Source: Blastocladiella emersonii ATCC 22665 (lineage: Eukaryota; Fungi; Blastocladiomycota). Taken from it: 64,000 bases of DNA. The position numbers and the translations under genes are program-made. The DNA is taken from assembly GCA_025594325.1 (NCBI GenBank), contig JANHCV010000004.1, positions 1,922,001 to 1,986,000 of the forward strand. The letters run 5' to 3'. Below the pieces are notes generated by a model that was not told where the DNA came from, searched no databases, and saw nothing but the letters and a program-made list of their open reading frames with translations. Positions 1 to 10,277 of the stretch are shown here, one piece after another (within the stretch, counting starts at the first letter, position 1; the number at the start of each line of letters is the position of its first letter).

Positions 1-1202
1 CGCGGCACGCGGGCGCGAATCCATGCGGCGCCGTGCAGGCGCCAGAACCAGGCGCGGCGCTGGGCCACGTTCCAGTCCCTGATCGTGAATGCGGGCGGGC
101 GAGCGGTGGCGCTCCCGCGTGCAGCAGCGCGGTGACAGCGGCGACGACGGTGGTTTGCCGCGCGGAGGAAGGTGTTGCATGAAGTGCATGAGGAGGAGGG
201 GCAGCGGCGCTGCGTCCACGGTTCGGCGGGGTCGAAGAGCAGCGCGACGTACGTGCTGGGAGGGACGACGACGACAACGACGAGGCGACGGCGGTGGGGC
301 GGAGGGAGGGTGGGAGCGCGGACGCGTTTCGCGCTGCTCGAGTCGGTCGGTGGCGTTTCGAGAGTAGAAGCGGACAAGGTTTCTTGATCGCTCCCGTGGT
401 GTGGCGCACGCGGGCGCGCTCCTCGCGTCGGTTCACCCGCACGTGCCACGCGCGCGCCGGGCACGTCGAATTCGATGTCAGCATGCGTCACCCTCGGTCC
501 GCCTCCCCTGCCGGCGCAGTCCCTCGCACGGGGCCGCGGTCGATGTGAGGCGGTCCTGCGCGTCATGCAGCCCCCGTCTCGCTCGATGGCCGCCCATCTC
601 CCACTCGGCTGCTCTGTCGCGGTGAGCGATGGATGGGCGAGAGGGCGAGAGAGGAGGCCAGAGATGAATGAATTCTCAGAACGTGTTGAATTCGGCGCAT
701 ACTGCATGACGGAAGATGCGGCGAGAGCTACATCATCGCCGGCCGGGGCCGCCCGCGATGGCCCATCGCACGCGCTGCGCCGCCGCGTCCGGGTCATGTG
801 CCGCTCCTCGGCTCCGGGACCTCCCGATGCGGCGCAGGATGGCGTGCAGAGAGCCGGGCGGGCCCTATCGCTCAAAACCGGCGTGCTCCCCCCGCCGCCC
901 CGCGCGCTCGCTCCTCTCGGCCGCCCTTATCACTCCCGACTCACACGCTGCAGTCACGCTGCTGCTGTCTCGCACTGTCTCGCACCTCGACCGCGTCGCA
1001 GCCGCACTCATCAGCCGCCCGCGTGTCACGAGCCGTTCGAGTCTTCATCCGCGACTGCACGCCGTTGAGCTCGGACCCCGTCGCCGGCCTCCCCCGACCT
1101 CATCCCACCCTCCTTCCCCCATCCCCATCGTTTGCCCGGCATCCGACCGTCCGAAGCTAGCCTCAACCTAAGCGTGCACCAGATCCCGCCATCACCGCCA
1201 CC

Positions 1203-2812
1203 ATGACCGCCTCCACCCTCGTTGCCCGCGCCACCTCGTCGCTCCTCTCGTCCGCCACGGCGCCCTCGGCCGCGGCCGCGCACTCGCTCGAGCGCCTGTC
1301 GCTGACCGCCTTCAGGCGTGCCCGGCGCGACACGCTGCTCGCCGCCTCGGTCGCCGCCCAGCGCCACGCGCAGACGGCCGGCCTCGTGCGCGACCTCGCC
1401 GCCGCCCTCCCGACCCGCCCGCAGCAGGCCGCCGCCGCGGCGTCGCTGCGCGCGTGCGCCGATCGCTTCTCCCACGCCGCCTCGGTCCTCGGCCAGGTCG
1501 CCCCGCTCGGCACATCAAGTGACGTGACGGCCGAGCACCGCGCCACGCTGGCCGCGGCCAACTCGGAGCACGCGGCGCTGCTCGCGCATCTCGAGGCCGC
1601 GTGGGCGCCCGTGGTCGGCACGGTCCTCGCCGACCCTGCCGAGCTGCAGCGGCTGCGCGCCCTGCTCAAGCACGTCCACTCTTCGACGCTCGGCACCGGG
1701 CTCATCCTCGCCGAGGCCCTGCTGCCCGCCGACCAGCACCTCGCCACCCACATTGACCCCGTCGCCGTCGCCACCGCCGCCATCGACGAGGCCACGGCCT
1801 GGGCCACCGCCACGTTCGGGTACTTATCACTCATCACTCTGCACTCACCCTCGAGTCAGCACTTGTGCGGCTTGCGTCCCAATCGCGCCGCGATTCCGCC
1901 TTGGTTCCACTTCCATTGCTGCTGCGTGCTGCGGCCGCCGTGATGGAGCCCGCTGATCGCGGCGCGTGCGTCACAGCACCAGATGACTCGCGCGCGCCCT
2001 GATTGGCCCACCGCTCGCCCTCCGCCAAATCGGGACGCCGCCACTGACTGTGCCACCCACGTGCTTTCCCCCATCTATCTAGCTTCTCGCCCGAGGTGCA
2101 GCTCAAGAACGTGTCGTCGTTCCAGCCGCTGTACGTGCAGCGGCACCTGCACGGCATCCTCGTGTCGATGCTGTGCTCGGCGCTCGCGGCTTCGGTCGAG
2201 GCCCGCGCCGGCACCGACCCTGTCGCCCCCGTCAAGCTGCTGATCGTCGACGGCCGCGAGGACCTCGCCTTCAAGGTCTCGGACAAGGGCCCCGGCCTCT
2301 CGCAGCGCCAGCTCGCCCAGGTCTTCAACTTTGGCCTGATCGCCGCCCCGCTCGCCCACCCGCGCCTGCCCCCACTACCCTTCCAGCTCGACCGCCCGCA
2401 CCCGACCCGCACGTCTTCGACCCCGCTCGAGCGCGTCGCACCACCACCCAAGGCCTACTCGTCGCCGCTCCTGTCGACCGCCGTGGCGTGGTTCCAGTCC
2501 CTGCTCGGCGGCAGCAGAAGCAGCTCCAGCAGTGTACCGGCGCGTGCCGAGTCGTGCCCCGTCGCCAAGCCCGTCGAGATCGACGGCCCCCTGCGCGAGC
2601 CAGTACCAGTACACCCCGTCGCCACGCCGGCCGCCACGCTCCCCGCCAACATGCCGCCCGTGTGCCGGCTGCTCCAGCAGCACGCCGTGTCGCTGTCGCT
2701 CGCCCGCGTCCACGCCCGCTTCTTCAACGGCGACCTCGAGCTCATCTCCATGGACAACTACGGCTCCGACGCGTACCTGCACCTGACCAAGAAGGTCGAC
2801 GACGAGCAGTAA
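1203..2812 (+). CDS. Mitochondrial alpha-ketoacid dehydrogenase kinase-like protein (PDK/BCKDK family, GHKL fold), probably catalytically degenerate
   Basis: Exons 1203-1819 and 2083-2812; the GT..AG phase-2 intron joins ORFs 1203 and 2096 in frame (about 448 aa). FKVSDKGPG resembles the G1 box, and SLARVHARFFNGDLELISMDNYGSDAYLHL matches the PDK C-terminal LYARYFxGDLxLxSMEGYGTDAY pattern. Confidence 0.75.
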
Positions 2813-3425
2813 GCTGGCCTTGCTGCTCCTCTTCTTCATTACCCCACCCTCACCCTTCACTAGTGTACATTCTTACATCCCGCCCACGCCATAGCCTCTC
2901 CCTCCCCCTGCCTCGCGACGTGTGTCTTGCGTCCGATCCCCCTCCTCTCCCTCGCTGTATTTTTGTTTGCTCTCCTTGCCCGTCCGTATCTCATACCACC
3001 TTTGGCCCTGGTCCGGGGCCAAGCCGCTGCTCCCGATCGCGGACCCCCCACCTCCTCCGCGCGCCGGGCGCATGCGAGTCTCACCTATCCCAATACATGT
3101 GCCTTCCTTCACACACATCTCGCCCTGCTTCGCCAAGAACGAGTGCCGCGAGGCACCAAGGGATGCGGCCCGCGCGTCGCGCCGCGACTATGGTCGCCTC
3201 CTGATCCCGACTCCTGCTTGGCGCGCGGAGACCTGAATGTCTCGCGCGCTGCACCGCGCCGCGCCACGCATGCCTGCGTCGACATGCCGGCGACGCGTCG
3301 TGTTTCAAGTCGCCGCAGCCGCGAGAGAGGGGAGGTCATAGACGTAGACGCGCCGCGCCACGACGCATACCTCTGGATCACCGACTTCCATCATCTATCT
3401 GTATCCAATGCACTAGCGAGCGACC

Positions 3426-6400
3426 ATGAGCCCGCCACCACCACCCATCACCGACCCGCCAGCCACCGCGCCCGAGTCGCGTGCCTCGTCCAAACCGACC
3501 TCCGCCGCGTCGACCGTGGCCACGAGCGCGAGCGCCAACATCGCGAACAACAGCGGCGGAGGCGGATCGCGCCGCCCGTCGTGGAAGTCGCTCGGGTTCG
3601 GTAGCGGCCACGCCGGCCCGCCGCCTGGCGCTGAGCGGCTGCCCACGGCGCCGTCGTCCGAGGTCATGCCCGACGTGGCCGTCCCCGAACCGCCGGCGGC
3701 CAAGGGATCCAGCGGGTCGCCGCCCAAGAAGCCCGCGAGCCCGCTCGCCGCGCTCCGCGCCGAGGAACGTAGTCTCCTGTGGGCGACCAGCGGGAGCACG
3801 TCCGAGAGCCACGATCTGCTGCCGAAACAGGAGGATGCGACGCGAGGTACGTTCGCCCACACTCGGTTATCATCTTCGGACGACTAACAAGCTTGCACGC
3901 TCGCAGCCAAGGCTTCGGTGACCCCGCGCGCCGAGTCGCCAACCACCGAGCTCAACTCGCTCGGCTCGCCGCCGCCCGTGATCCAGTCGGCGGTCCTGAA
4001 CGTCGGCACCGCCATGTCGCAGCTCGCCGACAACCTCGCCAAGACCCCCGTCACGTCCGTGACCACGCGGCTGCCCGAGCCCGTGACGCCAACCAGCGTC
4101 GTGATCGCGTCGGCCTCGACAGCCCCCGTCGCCCCGCCGCTCCCGCAGGCCGCCGCCGGCAGCCCGGGCCACAGCGCGGCGGTCCCCGGCGTCACGCTCG
4201 ACTCGAGCGGCCGCAGCGAGCGCACCATGGAGTGGTTTCCGGGGAAACCCACGTTCCCGCCGCCGCAGCCCAGCCTCATCGCGAAACTGCCCGGCGGCGC
4301 CGCCGCCGTCCACCAGCACCACCAGCACCACAGCAACGCGACGGGGAAGCGCCAGGCGCCCGCGCCGCCGCCGCCCCCGCCGCTCCCGACCCTTCCGCCT
4401 GGATCTCCCGGCGGCGGCGGCGGGATGATGACGGCGGCCGACCGGCTCAAGTATATCAGCCCCGAGTCGTCGGTGGCCTCGTCGCACTTTCATGGCGGCG
4501 CAGGCGACGGCATGATGCCCATGGCGGTCGGTATCCCGGACCCGCTCGTCAACTCGCTCAACGCGTCGGGCCACCACGTCATGCGCGCGAGCGGGACCCC
4601 GCTCGAGGTCCAGGACCTCGACGGGAGCCGCCAGTCGACGGCAGGGTACAGCGTCGCGCCGCGGTCGCCCGTCGCCGTGACCGCGTCGTGGGGACCGAAC
4701 ATGAGTAACGGCGGGGGTAGCCCGAACGGCGGCGGAGCTGGAGGTCCGCGGACGCAGTCAGCCATGATCCTCGACGGCAACGGCGGCTCGTCGCCCGTCG
4801 TCCTGCTGCAGGCGCCCGCGAGCGGCGCCGGGTCGCGGTCGCCGAGCCCGACGGCCGACGCGGGGCTCAACGCCGAGCTCAAGTCCCTGACCCGCCAGAT
4901 GCGTGAGTTCGAGCGCAAGGTCAAGACCAACCAGCGCCGCACCTGTGTCGCGGTCGTCGTCGCCATCCTGTTCGCGCTCATCGCGCTGATCCTCGGGCTC
5001 CTCGTCCTCGCCAACAGCGGCAAGAGCTCGGGCACCGGCACGGGGACGGGGTCCGGTAGCGGGACGCAGTCTCTCGGCGCGTCGTCCGTCACCGAGGCGA
5101 TGCTGGCCGACGGCGCCGTGACGAACCCGAAACTCGCAACCTCGGCCGTCGACGCGCGCGCCCTGTCCGAACGCGCCGTCTCGGGCGAGAAGATTGCGCT
5201 GTCGGCGGTTGACGGCACGCACCTCGCGGCGGGCAGCGTCGGGCGCGCGGCCATTGCTGACGCGGCTGTGCACACCAACCATCTCGCGACGGGCGCGATC
5301 ACGTCGGCCCTGATCGCGAACCGCGCTGTCGGCAGCGACCAGATCGCGCTCGGCGCCGTCACCGCGCAGCACCTCGCGGCGGGCGTCGTCGGGACCACGC
5401 AGATCGCCGCGGGGAGTATCACCGAGGCCCACCTCGCATCGGGCGCCGCGTCGTCCCGCGTCATTGCCGACGCGGCCGTCGGCACACAGCAGATTTCGGA
5501 CCGCGCCGTGACGACCGCCAAGCTCGTGGATGGCGCGGTCGCGGGCGTCAAGCTCGCGGATGGAGCCGTCGCGACGGCCAAGATCGTCGACGCGGCCGTA
5601 TCGGCGGCCAAACTTGCAGATGGATCCGTCGGGACTTCGAAGCTCCTCGACGCGGCAGTCGCCCCCGAGAAGCTCGCGGACGGCGCCGTCACGCAGACCA
5701 AGCTCGCAGACTCCGTCGTGTCGACGGGCAAACTCGCCGACTCGGCGGTCGTCCCCGCCAAGCTCGCGGACCAGGCCGTCGTGACGGCGAAGCTCGCCGA
5801 CGGCAGTGTGACGCCGCCCAAGCTCGCGGACGCCGCGGTGACCACGCCCAAACTCGCTGACGGCGCCGTCACGTCCGCGAAACTCGCGCCGGGCGGCGTC
5901 AACACGGCGAACCTCGCCGACGCGGGCGTCACCAACTCGAAGATCGCCGCGGGCGCTGTCACCCAGGACAAGCTCGGGTTCAGCATCGCCAGTGTCGCGC
6001 TCGGGCCCGGCGCCGTCGGCACTTCGGCGCTCGCGGACGGCAGTGTCACGACGCCCAAGCTCGCGGCCGCCGCCGTCACCAACGAGAAGATCGCCGTCGG
6101 GACTATCTCGATCGACCGCCTCGGGTTCAGTATCGCCAGCGTCGCGCTCGGCGCGGGCGCTGTCGGGACCATGAATATCGTCGATGGCGCGGTCACGACG
6201 CCCAAGATCGCGGATAACGCCGTCACGTCGGCCAAGGTCGCGTCGGGCGCGGTCGGCACCGCGCAGCTCGCTGACGCCGCCGTGTCGACCGTCAAGCTTG
6301 CCGACAACGCGGTGACGGGTCCCAAGGTCGTCACGGGCGCGATCGGCACCGCGCACATCGCCGACGGGTCCGTCACGACGCCGAAGCTCGCCGACAACGC

Positions 6401-8542
6401 GGTCACGGCGGCCAAGGTCGCGGCGGCGGCCGTCGGGACCGTGCAGATCGCCGATAACGCGGTGACCACGGCCAAGCTCGCCGCCGCGTCGGTCGGCACC
6501 ACGCAGCTCGTCGACGGCAGCGTCGCGACCGTCAAGATCACGGACGGCGCCGTCACCACGCTCAAGCTCGCGGACACGAGTGTCGGCACGGCCAAGCTCG
6601 CTGACGCGGCCGTCACGACCATCAAGATTGCGGACGCGGGCGTCACGACGGCGAAACTCGTTGACGCGGGCGTGACTACGGCCAAGCTCGCGGACGGCAG
6701 TATCAGCACCATCAAGCTCATCGACTCGGCCGTCACCTCGACCAAGATCGCTGACGGCGGCGTCCTCACGGCCAAGCTGGCCGACACGTCGGTCACCACC
6801 ATCAAGCTCGCCGACCTCGCCGTCACGGCGGCTAAGCTCGACCTCGGCTCGGTCGGCACCCTCCAGCTGGCCGACGGCGGCGTCGCGACAGCCAAGCTCG
6901 CCGACACGTCGGTGACCTCGGCCAAGCTCGCGCTCGGTGGCGTCGGGACGCTGCAGCTTGCGGATACGGCGGTGACGACTGCGAAACTCGCCGACACGGC
7001 CGTCACGACCCTGAAACTTGCCGACACGTCGGTGACAACCGCGAAGCTCGCCGCGACCGCCGTCGGTACGGGCCAGCTCGCGGACGCCGCCGTGTCCACG
7101 GCAAAGCTGGCGGACGCGAGCGTAACGGCCATCAAGCTCGCCGCCGGCGCGATCGGGACCACGCAGCTCGCCGACGCGTCCGTGACGTCGGCCAAGCTCG
7201 CGACGGGCGCCGTGCTCACGGCCAACGTCGGCGCGCAGGCCATCACGACCGCGCTCCTCAAGCCGGGTGCTGTCGACGGCACGATCCTCGCGTCCACGAG
7301 CGTCGCCAACACGCACCTCGTCGACCAGGCCGTGACCTCGAGCAAGTTCGCGCCAGGCGCCGTCACGCTCGCGGCCATGGGGCAGGGCGCAGTCGACGGG
7401 ACCGTGCTGGCTAACGGCGCGGTCGCGACGACGCATCTCGTCGATGGCGCGGTGACGACGCCCAAGATCGCGGCCAACGCGGTCACAACGGCCAAGATGG
7501 CGCTCGGGTCGGTCGACGGCACGATCATCGCCGCGGCCTCGGTCGCCACGTCGCATCTGATTGATGGGTCGGTCGCGGCTGCCAAGCTCGCGACGAACGC
7601 GGTCACGTCCACGTCCATTGCCGCGAGCGCGGTCACGTCGGGCAAGATCGCGACGGGCGCGGTGACGAGGTGCGGCTTTGCTCATGTCGAGTCTGCGAGT
7701 GCGACGAACATTGACCTTGTTGATGCTGTGTAGCGACTCGATACTCGACGGTACCATTGCTACGGCCGACATTGCGGCCGGCGCCATCATCGGCACATCA
7801 ATTACCGATGGAGTCATCACGGAAGCGAAGCTTGCTGGTACGTTCAAATGATGAGCGGATTGGCGGCCACCACCTGACCACGGCCATGACCATGACCACG
7901 TAGATCTCTCCGTGTCCTCGAGCAAGATCCAGGCGCAGGCCATTTTCTCGGGCCACATCCTGTCCGGGTCGATCACGTCGACCAACATAGCAACCAGTGG
8001 TATCGCCGCCGGAAACATTGCCTGTGTGTATTCTGGCACCCGAAGATTGATTGGAGTGGATGGCCACTAACACAAATCGTCGTATAGCATCGGCCATCCT
8101 TGCGCGGCACCTTAGTGCGAGCGCCGTGACGTCTGCTGCGATCGCTTCTGGGGCTGTGACCTCGGCGGCAATTGCGAGTGCGGCTATCCAGAGTACCCAC
8201 ATCGGCACCAACCAGGTCCTCCCATCGAATTTCGCGATCCGGATCCTGCTTCTGTCCGTCTCCAGCCAAGGCCTGTCGACGACAACATACCTCGGCGGCC
8301 TGACCTCGACCAGGACAGCGACCGGCAACTACCGCATCACGGCGGACGCGGCCTCGGCCATTTCAAGCACCGTGATGTGCCTCGTCACCGCAGTCCGCAC
8401 CACGAGCCCTCGCTTCGGCTCCTGCGCGACCGAGACGTTGACTGGTGTCTACGCGCCTGGGTGCATGGTTTACTGCTCGGACAACACGGGCGCGGCGGCG
8501 GACATTGGCTTCAACGTCATGATGCTGGGTTCGGGAACCTGA
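3426..8542 (+). CDS. Giant type II membrane protein (~1620 aa): low-complexity N-terminus, coiled coil, one TM helix, ~100 (A/S)VTxxKLADG decapeptide repeats and a C-terminal globular domain
   Basis: Exons 3426-3846, 3907-7669, 7734-7837, 7904-8023 and 8088-8542, all joined in frame by GT..AG introns. The TM segment is VAVVVAILFALIALILGLLVLA. The repeats are directly visible in ORF 3918-7733 and continue in the downstream exons. Confidence 0.85.
5090..8210 (+). repeat. Coding tandem decapeptide repeat (consensus ~ADGAVTTAKL, 30-nt period)
   Basis: Continuous 10-aa periodicity in the translation; the nucleotide units are diverged, so the period is maintained at protein level. Confidence 0.9.
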
Positions 8543-8629
8543 TTCTTTGCTCGGACGCGTCGCTCATCTCGGCACGCGACGCAGTTATGTAATAGACTTT
8601 TGTGTATTCTCCACCACGCACGGCTGCGA

Positions 8630-10111
8630 TCACTTGAGGTACTCGTACTTTGCGAGTCGAAACAGGGTCTCGTCGTAGAGCTTGGCCGAGACCTCGCGGC
8701 CGCCAAAAAAGCGGCCGTGCATGGCGGCGACAGCGCGCTGGGCCGCGTCGGCGTGCGTGAACTGGACGAAGATGCGGACGGCGGCCTGGCCCGGCGGTGG
8801 GTTCTTGAACTAATAGTGCACGAGGGTCAGTGGTGGTCCGAGGCGGACGAAGGTCGCGGTCGAGGCCGTACCGTGTGGATGTGGCACTTGTGCACCTGAC
8901 CGAACTTGGAGCACTCCTCGGACGTCTCGGCCTCGAGGTCTTCGTCGACGTCGCGTGCGTCGACCATGTTCTCGAGGACTAGGACCGTCGACGCGGTGAT
9001 GGCGTCGAGCGGCTGCGGCGCGAGGTGCACGGTCGGTACCTTGACGGCGAGGTGCTGGTTGAGGATGGTCGGGTCGACGGTGCCGAGGACGTAAAGGCGG
9101 AGGAACCCGGGGATCTGCTTCAGGTCTACGGGTGGCGAGCGCAGTCAGCGACGTGCAAGGCGAGTCGTGCAAGGAGTGGGCGTACCGAGCTCGTCCATGG
9201 GTTCGCCGTCGATATCGATGCCCTCATCGTCGCTCTCCTCGGACTCGCTCGATGACGAGGACGAAGATGTCGCGCTGGACTCGACGCTCGAGGCGCGGGA
9301 TCCACGCGATGCGGGCGCAGTCGAGCGGCTCGGTGGATCCACGTTCATGGCATCCTCGAGTTCGGGGGCAGTCGAGACTCGAGACGATGGTGCGGGATCA
9401 GCGGGCCGAGCAACGGGTGCGGCGGGTGGTGGCGGCGGCGGGGGACGCGTCTTGCGCACCTCGTCGCGCCACTGGCGGTACGCCGTGTAGTCGTTGGGCC
9501 GCGTTGGATCGTACGGCTCGTCGTAGACTGTGCGAGGCCCGGTGCGCTTCTACACGTTGCGGAGGGTGAGAGACCGGTCGATGGGGACGCGGTCGGTGTG
9601 GTGCGCGGACCTTGCTGTTGTTGTTCGACCCACTAGGTGCACCGCGCTTAGAGCCTGCTTGCGCGGGAGCTGCGGTCCCATCAGGCGTGCTTGCAGCAGC
9701 AGGCAGGCTGTTAACCGACGACGACGACGATGCAGCCGACGCCGTCGTTGCCGGATCCTTGCTGTCGGAGATCGGCTGCGTCCACGCGGCTGTCCACGCG
9801 AGAGAAGCACAGCAAGAGGACCGAGACGAAGATCAGCTCGAGGGTCGGAGCGCGCAGAGGGGGCCCGAGGCCAAAGGAGAGGAAGAAGTGCCTGGAATCA
9901 CAGGACGCTTTGCCGCGGCCGAGGTCACCACCACCTTCTTGATGATCTGGCGCTTGCCCGGGATGGCCCTGACCACAGTCGTGGCCGTGGGTGCGGGCGT
10001 TGCGGCGGCTGCTTTGCCGGTCGACGCCGGCTTGGCCTCGGGCGGCGCCGGGTCCGCCGCGGCGGCGGGCGGGAGGCCGAGCCCGCCAAAGATGTCGTCG
10101 TAGGATGCCAT
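8630..10111 (-). CDS. RBM17: Splicing factor 45 (SPF45/RBM17)-like UHM/RRM protein, multi-exon
   Basis: N-terminus MASYDDIFGGL, YDPTRPNDY motif, and UHM domain VLVLENMV..DEDLEAETSEECSKFGQV..VRIFVQF..MHGRFFGGREVSAKLYD. Stop at 8630-8632. Internal exon boundaries are only partly resolved. Confidence 0.85.
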
Positions 10112-10277
10112 GGAGGAGCGGTTGCGGGCAGTGGTTGATTCGTAGCAGGTGTCGGGGTATGTAGGAGGAGGGCCGGCCAACCTCAGGGGTCGCGGCCGTT
10201 CGCGAACGAGCGGTTCTCTCCACGCGCCGCTCGCGCCCTCCCTCCCCTCCCTCCCTTCCTCCGTCACAAGTCAAACA

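Noticed and set aside
1-480. Possible 5' part of a minus-strand gene running off the window start
   Set aside because: Only a short coding-looking stretch (AFTIRDWNVAQRRAWFWRL) is seen; start and splice structure cannot be established.
4490-8039. Long minus-strand ORFs (1051 aa and 1093 aa) opposite the repeat gene
   Set aside because: These are antisense shadows of a GC3-rich repetitive coding strand; the plus strand has the coherent TM, splice sites and domain structure.
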